Shown: positions 9,548 to 21,334, numbered from the stretch's first letter. The stretch: 36,904 bases of DNA from an uncultured Clostridia bacterium (GCA_944341655.1 CALVMA010000073.1:1-36904); one strand, 5' to 3'. Program-made: numbers and translations. Notes: a model not told the origin generated them from the letters alone.

Positions 9548-11872
9548 TTACGAAACGATCGTGATCGGCGCGATCTGCACCGAAAGCGACTTGATCCCCA
9601 GCCCGGGAAAACTGACGTTGGCAATCTTGGACGCGCCTTCGCCGCGCGTGGAAATGATCAGCCCTTCGCCGAATTTCGGATGCGAAACACGCACGCCCGT
9701 CTTGAACGCCGCGTAATCCTTCTGTCCCGATCTCTGCGGCGAAGGCGCCGCGCTCTGCGCACGGCGGTAGCCCGCCGATGCCGAAAAGGAGGAATAGGAC
9801 GTCTGCGGCGCAGGCTCGGACGGAAGATCGCTCCGATACCCGAATTCGTCTTCGTCCGCCTCCCTGCGGCGGGAAAAACTCCGCCGCGCGCCGTACCCCG
9901 CGTACGACGGCGAACCGTACGGCTCGCTCCTGCGCGTATAGTCGGAATACGCCTGCCGCGGCGATCCCACTTCCTGCACCGACGAAAGCTCCTGCATGAA
10001 CCGCGACGGAAGCGTCGCGCTCCGCTCCCCGTACAAGTAGCGGCTGCGCGAACGTGTGAAATACAGCCGCTCTTCCGCCCGCGTGATCGCCACATACATC
10101 AGGCGGCGTTCCTCCTCCAGCTCGTTGTCGTCGTATGCCGCCCTCGATACGGGGAATATGTTTTCTTCCATTCCCACCGCAAAAACCGTCTTGAATTCCA
10201 GCCCCTTCACCGAATGAATGGTCGCTACCGTCACGTAATCCGTTTCGTCCATCTCGTCCGTATCCGAACTCAGCGTAACCTGATTGAGATAATCGGATAG
10301 CGTGGCGTCTTTATTCATTTTGCAGAACTCGTCCACCGAATTGACAAATTCGTCGATGTTCGCCTTTTTGTTGATGCTCTCGTCCGAATCGTCCGCATAC
10401 ATCGTCAGAATGCCCGTATCGTTGATCACGTCGCGCACCAGCTCGTCCGCGCTCATGGTCGCGCCCTTAATTACCAACTCCTTCAAGAGCGCCCCGAACG
10501 CGCGCACCTTTTGCTTGCTCCCCGCGTTCAGCGGCAGCGAATCCACGTCCAGCACCGCATCGTACACCGAAAGATCCGTCTCCTCGGCATACTGCTCCAG
10601 CGTTTCCACCGTCTTTGCGCCGATCCCGCGCTTGGGCACGTTGATCACGCGCGTGACCGCCTCGCTGTCAAACGGATTGCTGATCACACGCAAATACGCC
10701 AACAAGTCCTTGATTTCTTTACGCTCGTAGAACTTGAAGCCCCCGAATACCTTGAACGGTATCCCGTATTTCGCAAATTCCTGCTCGTATGCGCGCGAGA
10801 GCGCGTTGATGCGCATCAGCACGGCAAAATCCGAAAACCTGTACCCGCTCTTTTCTTTCAGATCGGAAATGGTGCGCGCCACGTACAGCGCCTCGTCGTT
10901 TTCCGACTCCGCCTGGTAATACTGCGCCTGCGCCCCTTCGGGATTCTCCGTCCAAAGCACCTTGTCCTTGCGCCTGCCGTTGTTGCGGATCACCGCGTTC
11001 GCCAGCTTCAATATATTTTTCGTGGAACGGTAATTCCGCTCCAGCTTGTACACTTTCGCGCCCTTGAAATCTTTCTCGAACCCCAAAATGTTCTCGATCT
11101 TCGCGCCCCGCCAGCCGTAAATGCTCTGATCGTCGTCACCCACCGCAAAAAGATTGCCGTGTACCGTCGCCAACAGCCGCACGATCTCGTATTGCACGCG
11201 GTTGGTGTACTGAAATTCGTCCACATGAATGTAACGGAATTTCCCCGAAAGATACTCCAACGCATCCTTGTCCGTTTCCAAAAGCCGCAGCGTCTGCGTC
11301 AGCAGATCGTCAAAAGCCAGCGCGTTGTTCTTTTTCAGATGTTCGCAGTACGCCGCATACACCCTCGTGATCTCGCGGATGCCTTTGAGATCGGCATTGT
11401 TCTGCTCGTATTCCTCCGGCCCCTGCCCCAGCATCTTCGCGTTTGCAATGTGGAATTTGATGTTCTTGAGCATCTTTTCGTCGTCCTGCCCCGTCTCCGC
11501 AAACGCTCGCTTGATGACCGCCGCCCGCTCCGTCTCCGAATAAATGGAAAAATTCGCGTTGTACCCCAGCTTTTCCGCAAACATCCGCAAAATGCGCACA
11601 CACATGCTGTGTATGGTGCAGATCCACATGCTCTGCGCGCCCTCCACCATGGAGGAAAGCCGCTCCTTCATCTCGTTTGCCGCCTTGTTCGTGAACGTGA
11701 TCGCCAAAATCTGCGAGGGGTACACCCCCTTCCTCTCCACAAGGTACGCGATGCGGGAAGTCAATACGCGCGTTTTTCCGCTGCCCGCCCCCGCAAGCAC
11801 CAGCACCGCGCCCTCCGTATCCATGACGGGTTTGATCTGTTCTTCGTTCAGTTTATTAAGTATCTCTTCCAT
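9548..11872 (-). CDS. pcrA: ATP-dependent DNA helicase PcrA/UvrD
   Basis: AGAGSGKT, TFTNKAA, VGDDDQSIYGWRGA, NYRS, KGLEF, EERRLMYVAITRA and a C-terminal HPKFGEG Tudor-like domain. Confidence 0.97.
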   Translation of the reverse strand: MEEILNKLNEEQIKPVMDTEGAVLVLAGAGSGKTRVLTSRIAYLVERKGVYPSQILAITFTNKAANEMKERLSSMVEGAQSMWICTIHSMCVRILRMFAEKLGYNANFSIYSETERAAVIKRAFAETGQDDEKMLKNIKFHIANAKMLGQGPEEYEQNNADLKGIREITRVYAAYCEHLKKNNALAFDDLLTQTLRLLETDKDALEYLSGKFRYIHVDEFQYTNRVQYEIVRLLATVHGNLFAVGDDDQSIYGWRGAKIENILGFEKDFKGAKVYKLERNYRSTKNILKLANAVIRNNGRRKDKVLWTENPEGAQAQYYQAESENDEALYVARTISDLKEKSGYRFSDFAVLMRINALSRAYEQEFAKYGIPFKVFGGFKFYERKEIKDLLAYLRVISNPFDSEAVTRVINVPKRGIGAKTVETLEQYAEETDLSVYDAVLDVDSLPLNAGSKQKVRAFGALLKELVIKGATMSADELVRDVINDTGILTMYADDSDESINKKANIDEFVNSVDEFCKMNKDATLSDYLNQVTLSSDTDEMDETDYVTVATIHSVKGLEFKTVFAVGMEENIFPVSRAAYDDNELEEERRLMYVAITRAEERLYFTRSRSRYLYGERSATLPSRFMQELSSVQEVGSPRQAYSDYTRRSEPYGSPSYAGYGARRSFSRRREADEDEFGYRSDLPSEPAPQTSYSSFSASAGYRRAQSAAPSPQRSGQKDYAAFKTGVRVSHPKFGEGLIISTRGEGASKIANVSFPGLGIKSLSVQIAPITIVS

Positions 11873-11895
11873 TGTAACGCGCTCGTCCTCCCCGT

Positions 11896-11929
11896 TTTGC
11901 CGCCCGCGCCGTTCGGCGCGGGCGGCAAA
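11896..11929. repeat. 15-bp hairpin in the predicted pcrA 5' leader
   Basis: TTTGCCGCCCGCGCC-gttc-GGCGCGGGCGGCAAA between the promoter and the RBS. Confidence 0.8.
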
Positions 11930-11944
11930 TGCCTGTTCCTTTCC

Positions 11945-11973
11945 ATTATAACATAAAATGCGCCGTCAGGCAA
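11945..11973 (-). promoter_or_regulatory. Sigma-A promoter for pcrA-ligA
   Basis: TTGCCT-17 nt-TATAAT with a TGn extension. Confidence 0.75.
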
Positions 11974-12061
11974 TCCGCGGCGCATGGTTCGCAAAAGTAT
12001 TTTTCCGTGCGAAATCGTGAAAATGAAAACGCCCCCCGTTCTTCGCTTGTTCCCGAACGCT

Positions 12062-12463
12062 TCAGCGGCGCGCCCTGCCCTCGAACTCACATTCCCTGCG
12101 GAAACGCTCCAGCGCTTTGAGATACCGCTCGGAAAGATTGAGCATGTACCGCTGTTTGTCCTCGTAGGAGAGCGAATCGTACACGTCGCGGTCGGTCAGC
12201 CGCGCAAGCGCGTCCGATACCTCGCCGTCGGACAGCAGCATCCTCCGCACCTTCTCGTAAAACGCGTCGTCGTCCCCTCCGCGGATCGAACAGGTCACCT
12301 TCCCCGCAAAATAACGGCAGGCACGGCTCTCGCTCACGCCGCTCTCCTTCGCACGCAGCACTTCGTCCGTCAGCTCGTCCTTGCAGTTTTGCCAAAAACC
12401 GCTCTTTAATCGCAATTTCGCCTCGCGCGCGATCGCGCGGAAACTTTTTTGCTGGTTTGCCAT
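12062..12463 (-). CDS. Hypothetical protein (133 aa, charged, probably helical)
   Basis: GGAGGGAG RBS before MANQQK; genome-typical codon style; no family recognised. Confidence 0.8.
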   Translation of the reverse strand: MANQQKSFRAIAREAKLRLKSGFWQNCKDELTDEVLRAKESGVSESRACRYFAGKVTCSIRGGDDDAFYEKVRRMLLSDGEVSDALARLTDRDVYDSLSYEDKQRYMLNLSERYLKALERFRRECEFEGRARR

Positions 12464-12495
12464 ATACTCCCTCCATTCGACCATTTTCGCACAAA

Positions 12496-12529
12496 ACAAA
12501 AGCCTGTTATGCAAATAACAGGCTTTTGT
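12496..12529 (-). terminator. Intrinsic terminator of rpsU (possibly bidirectional)
   Basis: 15-bp stem ACAAAAGCCTGTTAT-gcaa-ATAACAGGCTTTTGT with T-runs on both strands. Confidence 0.8.
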
Positions 12530-12537
12530 GATCATTT

Positions 12538-12717
12538 TCAGTTTTTGATGCTTCTCTTGCGAGCGGCTTCCGACTTCTTCTTTTTACGGACGGAAGGCTT
12601 TTCATAATGCTCTTTACGGCGCAGATCACCGATGATGCCGTCACGCGAGCACTTTCTCTTGAAACGGCGCAGAGCGCTGTCAATCGACTCGTTTTCTCCG
12701 ACTCTGATCGTAGACAT
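12538..12717 (-). CDS. rpsU: 30S ribosomal protein S21
   Basis: [12 protein letters not shown]...YEKPSV...KSEAARKR. Confidence 0.97.
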   Translation of the reverse strand: MSTIRVGENESIDSALRRFKRKCSRDGIIGDLRRKEHYEKPSVRKKKKSEAARKRSIKN

Positions 12718-12761
12718 TCCTTTCAACCCTCCTTCGCCTTACGCATTTACTCAACGTTTAT

Positions 12762-12790
12762 ATTTTATAGGAAAGCAAAAAGATTGTCAA
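12762..12790 (-). promoter_or_regulatory. Sigma-A promoter for rpsU
   Basis: TTGACA-17 nt-TAAAAT. Confidence 0.85.
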
Positions 12791-12828
12791 GTTATTTTTA
12801 CGCCGATCTGCGGAAAATTTTTCCGTCA

Positions 12829-13890
12829 TCAGGTATGGGTTGATTCCAAAACAGTGATATTCAGCGTAGCATCCGGCTCAATAAAGGAAAGCAAATTATC
12901 TTTAAATTGATTAAATCCTGTATCCGACGAACCGCTGCCGAACGATTCCGAAAGATCGTACCAGATGAACCCGTCCGCAGTCTTGACTCCGAATTCGAGC
13001 CAATAGGAATGTCCGACAGCATAACGGAAAGAAACGGTAACTTTCCCGTTCTGCGCTTTCAGCTCGTCAAAGTTCTGATTCTGTTTCACCTCGTTATTTT
13101 CTATATAATTACGATCGGAAACATACACATAAAATGTGGTATCCGCCTCGAAATCTTCTACATCAAAAACAAGGTTTTCGTTCCAATATTCCACCTGCAC
13201 CGACTCCGCCACCGTAATTTTGAATACGAGCGTGCCTTTCTGCGACGAATTGTTGCCGCTCTTAAATGTTGCGGTCAGCCAGCTTACTCCCGTTTTGATC
13301 TTCGTCGTGTCGATCACGATCTTTGCCCCGACGATCACGTTCGAACTGCTTGCCTCAACATTTTTCGTACTGATCGCTTCGACCGGCAAAACATCTTCAT
13401 TCGAACTTTCATACGAAGCGTCCAGACTTGTCATGTACGAAGATTCCAGCGTAACGGAAATTTCCCATGTCTTGGTATCCAAAATTCCGCCCGGATATGT
13501 ACCGTTTACAATAATTGAAGTCGCTTCATCCTCGAGCTTTGCGATGCCGTTTTCCGTCGTCTGCGTATAATTTTCCAAAACAGCCGCCAGTGTTACATTT
13601 TCTGAAGGCATGGTAAAAACGAACCCGTCACCCTCTTTGATACACTCCTCGCCGTTGTACCGAACGCCGGTCAGATACTTATCTTCACTCTTTACGGTAA
13701 CCGTAACGCTTATCTTTTCCCCCGCTTCCGAAGCAGTCTTACTTGCCTGCAACTCATAATCATCGCTCGTCTCACAGGTAATCGAATACGTTTTTTTCTC
13801 CGGTTTTTCTTCACCGCCGCAGGCAACAAGTCCCAACGACAGAGCCAGCACAGACAGCAAACTCATAAAAGCGATTACAACTTTTTTCAT
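12829..13890 (-). CDS. Lipoprotein, beta-rich, with an N-terminal domain resembling InlB B-repeat/bacterial repeat domains
   Basis: MKK plus hydrophobic stretch plus LVA-C lipobox; YSIT...GEKISVTV...FTMPSENVT pattern; GGAGG RBS; visibly AT-richer than its neighbours. Confidence 0.85.
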   Translation of the reverse strand: MKKVVIAFMSLLSVLALSLGLVACGGEEKPEKKTYSITCETSDDYELQASKTASEAGEKISVTVTVKSEDKYLTGVRYNGEECIKEGDGFVFTMPSENVTLAAVLENYTQTTENGIAKLEDEATSIIVNGTYPGGILDTKTWEISVTLESSYMTSLDASYESSNEDVLPVEAISTKNVEASSSNVIVGAKIVIDTTKIKTGVSWLTATFKSGNNSSQKGTLVFKITVAESVQVEYWNENLVFDVEDFEADTTFYVYVSDRNYIENNEVKQNQNFDELKAQNGKVTVSFRYAVGHSYWLEFGVKTADGFIWYDLSESFGSGSSDTGFNQFKDNLLSFIEPDATLNITVLESTHT

Positions 13891-13913
13891 TTTTTTGCCT
13901 CCTCAAATGTATG

Positions 13914-14255
13914 TTACAGCATCTTCTCGCCCATGGGCTGTCCGCCGAGAATATGAATGTGCAGATGATGCACCGTCTGTCCCGCGTCTTCGCCTTGGTT
14001 GATAATCAGCCGATAACCGTTCGAAAGTCCGAGAGATTTTGCAATTTCCGGAATTTTCACCAAACATTTTTTAACAAGCTCCGCCTGCGCCGCATTCATT
14101 TCGGCAAGCGTCGCGAAATGCGACTTCGGCACGACGAGCACATGCACTTTCGCCTGCGGATTGATGTCCTTGAACGCGAGCATATCGTCGTCTTCGTACA
14201 CTTTGTTCGAAGGGATCTCCCCTGCTATGATCTTGCAAAAAATACAATTTTCCAT
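13914..14255 (-). CDS. hinT: Histidine triad (HIT) nucleotide-binding protein
   Basis: CIFCKII and GQTVHHLHIHILGG. Confidence 0.93.
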   Translation of the reverse strand: MENCIFCKIIAGEIPSNKVYEDDDMLAFKDINPQAKVHVLVVPKSHFATLAEMNAAQAELVKKCLVKIPEIAKSLGLSNGYRLIINQGEDAGQTVHHLHIHILGGQPMGEKML

Positions 14256-14306
14256 CTTCGTCTCCTTTTTTATTTATTACGGCCGTTTTTAAAAACGCCG
14301 CAAAAA

Positions 14307-15539
14307 TCATTGTATAATTTCGGCAAGCAGACCGTCCGCATACGCTTCGCGGGCAAGCACGCGCGTCTTTTTACCGACATTCCCCTTCACGTACAGGCGG
14401 ATATAGTTTTCGGAATACCCCACCGTATAACCGTCCTTGACCTCTTCGGGCACGAGTTCGAGCACCTTTTTGACAAATTTTTGCTCATACGTCTGCCGCA
14501 ATTCGTGCGAAAGTGCCAGCAATTCGTGCAGGCGGCGTTTTCGGATCTCTGCGGGAAGTTCAGAAAATTTTGCCGCAACCGTACCCGTACGGCGGCTGTA
14601 CGAAAAGCAATGGATCTGCGAAAACCCGACGCGGCGCGCAAGCGCGAGCGTCTCCGAAAAATTTTCTTCCGTTTCCGTCGGAAAGCCGCTGATGATATCC
14701 GTCGTGATCGCCGCGTCGGGGAAATACGCTCTGATCAGCTCTACCCTGCGGCAATATTCTTCGCCCGTATAATGGCGGTTCATCTTTTTGAGGACTGCGT
14801 CCGAACCGCTCTGCAAAGACAAATGAAAGTGCGGCGCAAAATCGCGCACCCGCTTTGCCGCATCCAGAAGCTGCGGCGTGATCGCCCCCACTTCCAAAGA
14901 TCCAAGACGAATACGGCAAGCCGCATCTTTTACCGCCAGCAAAAGATCGGGAAGCCCGCGAGGCCCGTCTTTAAAAGAGGAAATGTCGATGCCCGTGATC
15001 ACTACCTCTTCCGCCCTGTTTGCCAAAATCTCTTCCGCCGCGCTCTCCACCGTGCGCGAACGGCTCCTGCCCCGCAGATACGGAATGATACAGTACGAAC
15101 AGAAATTGTTGCAGCCGTCCTGGATTTTTACGAACGCACGCGCCTTTAAAGACACGGGAGCGGGCATTTCGTCATACACTTTGTCGTTTTCGTCCAGCGC
15201 GATGCCCTCCCCGTCCAGGAGCGAAAGAATTTTACTCTTTTGCCGCGCGCCCGTGACCAGTTGCACGTTTTGCTTTTTTGCAAAAATTTCGGGAGTCTTT
15301 TCGGCGGCGCACCCGCAGACAATGATGCGCGCGTCGGGATTGACCGCGCGCACCCGCGCGATCGCCTGACGGCTCTTTTTTTCCGCCTCGCCCGTCACCG
15401 CGCAGGTGTTGAGAATATACAGATCCGCAAAATCCAGCTCGTCGGAAACTTCCCAGCCGCGCTCCTGCAGTCCGCGGACGAGCGAACCGCTCTCGCAATC
15501 GTTGACCTTGCACCCCAAAGTAAACACGACCGCTTTCAT
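14307..15539 (-). CDS. mtaB: tRNA t6A37 methylthiotransferase MtaB
   Basis: TLGCKVN, NTCAVT and KIQDGCNNFCSYC; follows rsmE with an ATGA overlap. Confidence 0.94.
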   Translation of the reverse strand: MKAVVFTLGCKVNDCESGSLVRGLQERGWEVSDELDFADLYILNTCAVTGEAEKKSRQAIARVRAVNPDARIIVCGCAAEKTPEIFAKKQNVQLVTGARQKSKILSLLDGEGIALDENDKVYDEMPAPVSLKARAFVKIQDGCNNFCSYCIIPYLRGRSRSRTVESAAEEILANRAEEVVITGIDISSFKDGPRGLPDLLLAVKDAACRIRLGSLEVGAITPQLLDAAKRVRDFAPHFHLSLQSGSDAVLKKMNRHYTGEEYCRRVELIRAYFPDAAITTDIISGFPTETEENFSETLALARRVGFSQIHCFSYSRRTGTVAAKFSELPAEIRKRRLHELLALSHELRQTYEQKFVKKVLELVPEEVKDGYTVGYSENYIRLYVKGNVGKKTRVLAREAYADGLLAEIIQ

Positions 15540-16252
15540 TCCAGTTCCCCCAGAGCAAAGGCGACTACCCCGCAAAAGACGATCGCCGCCGTTTCCGCGC
15601 GCAAAATGCGCTTGCCGAGGGTGACGCCCGCAAACCCCTTTTGCTTCGCAAGCTCGAATTCTTCCTGCGAAAAGCCGCCCTCACTGCCCACGACCAGCGC
15701 ACAGGAACCGCGCAATCCGTGCAGATCCTTGTCGGATTCTTTGGCAAATTCGCAGGCAAAGAGCTTGTTTTCGAACTCTTTGCAGGAATCGAGCGCATCT
15801 TCGAATTTTTCGAAATATTCCACCGTGGGAACGGTGGCGCGCAGGCACTGCTTGGCCGCTTCCCTCGCCACTTTTTGCAGGCGCTCCGCCTTGTTTTCGT
15901 TCATATACGCCGAACAGAAACGCGAGGAAAACACGGCGATCTCCGCCACGCCCAACTCCGTCGCCTTCTGCACCACAAGCTCCGTCTTGTCCCCTTTGAG
16001 CGCGCCTATGAGCAGGCGCATCTTGGTTTTGCATTCTTTGTCGGATACACGCCCGCGCACCACCGTGCAGAGCATTTCGCCCTTGGTCACTCTGTTGATG
16101 ATCGCGTCGTATTCCTTTCCGCTGCCGTCCAGAAGGACGATCTCGTCCCCCTCTTTCAGCCGCAAAACATTCTTCGCGTGCGAGTATTCGTCGCCCGAAA
16201 GGATCGCTTCCTTTCCGACGTGTTCGGTAAAAAATCTGCGTATCGTTGCCAT
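15536..16252 (-). CDS. rsmE: 16S rRNA m3U1498 methyltransferase
   Basis: HxxxVLR, QKATELG, EAAKQC, GSEGGF and LGKRILRAETA. Confidence 0.95.
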   Translation of the reverse strand: MATIRRFFTEHVGKEAILSGDEYSHAKNVLRLKEGDEIVLLDGSGKEYDAIINRVTKGEMLCTVVRGRVSDKECKTKMRLLIGALKGDKTELVVQKATELGVAEIAVFSSRFCSAYMNENKAERLQKVAREAAKQCLRATVPTVEYFEKFEDALDSCKEFENKLFACEFAKESDKDLHGLRGSCALVVGSEGGFSQEEFELAKQKGFAGVTLGKRILRAETAAIVFCGVVAFALGELE

Positions 16253-16283
16253 AAATTTATTCCAAAACGCACGTGGCGCAATA

Positions 16284-17225
16284 TTATTTCCTGAACGCAA
16301 GCGCGAACCATTCGCCTTTGCGCATCTGTCGGATCTTCGTCAGCCCCACCGCTTCGTACGCGCGGATGACCTGATCGAGTTTGGGTTCGATGATGCCGCT
16401 CAAAATCAGCGTGCCGCCCTCTTTGAGATTTTTCGGAATGCTCCCGCATAACCTGCAAAGAATGTCCGCCGTGATGTTCGCCGTCATGACTTCCCCGCGC
16501 ACGTCCGCATTTTCCAGAAGGTCGGAAAGATCGATCTTCGCCCGTTCCGCAACGCCGTTGAGCTCGCTGTTGTGCGTCGCGCTCTTGACGGCAACGTAGT
16601 CGATGTCCGTCATGTACGCGAACTTCGCGCCCAGTTTCAGCGCCGCAATGCCCAATATCCCGCTGCCGCAGCCGACATCGATCACCGTGTCCCCCGCTTT
16701 GAGGTATTCCTGCAAAAGCTCCAGACACATGGATGTCGTTTCATGCTCGCCCGTGCCGAACGCCATGTTGGAATCCAGCTTGACGATCACTTCCCCCTCC
16801 TTCGGCTCGTATGCGATCCACTCGGGACAGATGACGACTTTGCCGCCGATATGCAGAGGGCGGAAATGCTTTTTCCATACGTCGACCCAGTCGTCCCCCT
16901 CGATCTCGCGGCGGGAGGTTTCCAGTGTCCCCAGCGAAAAGATGCCCGCGCTCCGCTCCTTCAAAAGCCCGATGTCGGAAAGAATGGAACGGATGTTTTC
17001 GTCCGCTATGTCCAAAGGCAGAAAACATTTCACGAGAACGTCCGACTGTCCTTTGACCAGGTCGTCGTCCATGTAATCCCAGAACGTGCGCTTGTCGCTC
17101 TGCAATGCGATGATGTCGTTTACGTCGCAGACCGTCACCCCGTAATTGGTGTAATTCCAGAAAATATCGGCGATCAGCTCGCTCCCTTCCGTCGTCGTAT
17201 GTACCGTAAATTCAATAAATTTCAT
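16284..17225 (-). CDS. prmA: Ribosomal protein L11 methyltransferase
   Basis: AFGTGEHETT, DVGCGSGIL, ANI and LSGI; downstream of dnaJ. Confidence 0.95.
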   Translation of the reverse strand: MKFIEFTVHTTTEGSELIADIFWNYTNYGVTVCDVNDIIALQSDKRTFWDYMDDDLVKGQSDVLVKCFLPLDIADENIRSILSDIGLLKERSAGIFSLGTLETSRREIEGDDWVDVWKKHFRPLHIGGKVVICPEWIAYEPKEGEVIVKLDSNMAFGTGEHETTSMCLELLQEYLKAGDTVIDVGCGSGILGIAALKLGAKFAYMTDIDYVAVKSATHNSELNGVAERAKIDLSDLLENADVRGEVMTANITADILCRLCGSIPKNLKEGGTLILSGIIEPKLDQVIRAYEAVGLTKIRQMRKGEWFALAFRK

Positions 17226-17275
17226 TCGTCCGTCCTTTATAGGGCTAAAAACCGCCGCTTTTTTCGTTTTTTAAT

Positions 17276-17304
17276 ATTGTACTCATTTTTTTGCGGTTCG
17301 TCAA
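17276..17304 (-). promoter_or_regulatory. Sigma-A promoter for the prmA operon
   Basis: TTGACG-17 nt-TACAAT. Confidence 0.75.
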
Positions 17305-17384
17305 CCTCTTTGCAAAAAATTGCGCACACGCCCCGCCTGCGTTTTTTTCCGCAACGGATCCCGCCGTTTCCAAAACGGCACAAA

Positions 17385-17424
17385 AATGCCGCGGACTGCA
17401 AACAAGTTTGCAGTCCGCGGCATT
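17385..17424. repeat. Perfect 19-bp inverted repeat
   Basis: AATGCCGCGGACTGCAAAC-aa-GTTTGCAGTCCGCGGCATT. Confidence 0.9.
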
Positions 17425-17470
17425 CCTTTCGGCCCGAAAACGGCGAAAAAACGTGCGCCGCCCCGCCCGA

Positions 17471-17535
17471 TTTTTTAAATCAAAACGGTGTAAGACGCGC
17501 GCCGTACCACGCACGGTTTTTTTAAATCAAAACGG
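17471..17535. repeat. 18-bp direct repeat, two copies
   Basis: TTTTTTAAATCAAAACGG at 17471-17488 and 17518-17535. Confidence 0.85.
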
Positions 17536-17569
17536 CGCCGTTCGCAAAATTTTTTGCGAACGGCGCCGT
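17529..17569 (-). terminator. Intrinsic terminator of dnaJ
   Basis: 18-bp arms ACGGCGCCGTTCGCAAAA/TTTTGCGAACGGCGCCGT just after the stop, followed by TTTGATTT. Confidence 0.75.
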
Positions 17570-17575
17570 CGGTTT

Positions 17576-18724
17576 TCAGTTCTTGTACGGATCCACGCCG
17601 TACATCGCCTGCATGTTGTCCTTGAATGCACGCATCTTTGACGTCTGCTTGATATCCATTTGCCCGTCCAGATCTTCCAGCGTCTTTTTCTGCTCCCGCG
17701 TCAGCTTGGTCGGTATCTCCACCTGCACGGTGATGTACATGTTGCCCGTCCCGACGCGCGTCTTCAACCCCTTGCCGCGCACACAGAAAACCGTTCCGCT
17801 CTGCGTGCCCTCGGGAATAAGGTATTCGTACGTATCGTCGATCCCGGGCACACGGATCTTTCCGCCCAGCACCGCCGTCTTATAAGAGATCGGCAGTTCG
17901 ATGTACAGATCTTTGTCCTTGCGTTTGAAGATCTTATGCGGCTCCACACGGAATATGACGATCAGATCGCCCGCAACGCCGCCGCGCGCGCTTGCCTGTC
18001 CGTACCCTTTCTTGCGGATATAACTGTTCGTATCCGCGCCCGCGGGTATGTTCAGCGTGACGACCGTCTCTTTGCGCACATATCCCTTGCCCTTGCAGTC
18101 GGGACACATGTCCGTGATCTTTTTGCCCGTGCCGCCGCACGCATCGCACGTCGCCATGCGGATCGTCCTGCCGAACAGCGTATCCTGCGTATAGCGCACC
18201 TGCCCGGAGCCCCCGCACTTTTCGCACGTCTTGTACGCCGTGCCGTTCTTCGCGCCCGTGCCCTTACAGGTCTGGCAGGGCTCGTTGCGGTAGTAACGGA
18301 TCTCTTTCGTGCAGCCCTTCGCCGCATCCAGAAAGCTCAGCACCACCTCTTTCGTGATGTCCTCGCCCTGCGCCGCCGACGCCTGACGCGCCTCGCCGCC
18401 GCCGAATCCCGAAAAAATATCGTTGAATATGTCGCTGAATCCGCCGAAGCCCGAGAATCCGCCGCCGCCGAAACCCGAAAATCCGCCCGCGCCGCCGCGC
18501 ATGCCCGGATGGTCCAGTTCGTAATCGTATGCCGCGCGCTTCTGCGGATCGGACAAAACTTCGTTCGCCTCGTTCACTTCCTTGAACTTCGCCGCCGCGT
18601 TCGCATCGTTCGGGTGCAGGTCGGGGTGGTACATCTTGACCAGTTTGCGGTACGCCGATTTGATCTCCGCATCCGTCGCTTTCCTGTCCACGCCGAGTAT
18701 TTCGTAATAATTTTTATCTGCCAT
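17576..18724 (-). CDS. dnaJ: Chaperone DnaJ
   Basis: J domain HPD, G/F-rich region and four CxxCxGxG repeats. Confidence 0.97.
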   Translation of the reverse strand: MADKNYYEILGVDRKATDAEIKSAYRKLVKMYHPDLHPNDANAAAKFKEVNEANEVLSDPQKRAAYDYELDHPGMRGGAGGFSGFGGGGFSGFGGFSDIFNDIFSGFGGGEARQASAAQGEDITKEVVLSFLDAAKGCTKEIRYYRNEPCQTCKGTGAKNGTAYKTCEKCGGSGQVRYTQDTLFGRTIRMATCDACGGTGKKITDMCPDCKGKGYVRKETVVTLNIPAGADTNSYIRKKGYGQASARGGVAGDLIVIFRVEPHKIFKRKDKDLYIELPISYKTAVLGGKIRVPGIDDTYEYLIPEGTQSGTVFCVRGKGLKTRVGTGNMYITVQVEIPTKLTREQKKTLEDLDGQMDIKQTSKMRAFKDNMQAMYGVDPYKN

Positions 18725-18836
18725 AGCACACCTGTATATCCTTGAAAATGCTTTAAAACCGCCAAACGTCCTCACGTTTTGCGGCGAATGCCTCCTCTTG
18801 TGCGTTCAAAAGATACATTCCCCCGAACGCACAGCA

Positions 18837-18859
18837 ATGCCGTGAAAATATCACGGCAT
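18837..18859 (-). terminator. Hairpin after dnaK (partial terminator or mRNA stabiliser)
   Basis: ATGCCGTGA-5 nt-TCACGGCAT; poor U-tract. Confidence 0.45.
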
Positions 18860-18878
18860 CTGCGCATTTTATCTTTGA

Positions 18879-21326
<2,448 letters not shown>

Positions 21327-21334
<8 letters not shown>

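Noticed and set aside
12791-13913. Mobile element around the lipoprotein gene
   Set aside because: No transposase or integrase, terminal inverted repeats or target-site duplication is visible.
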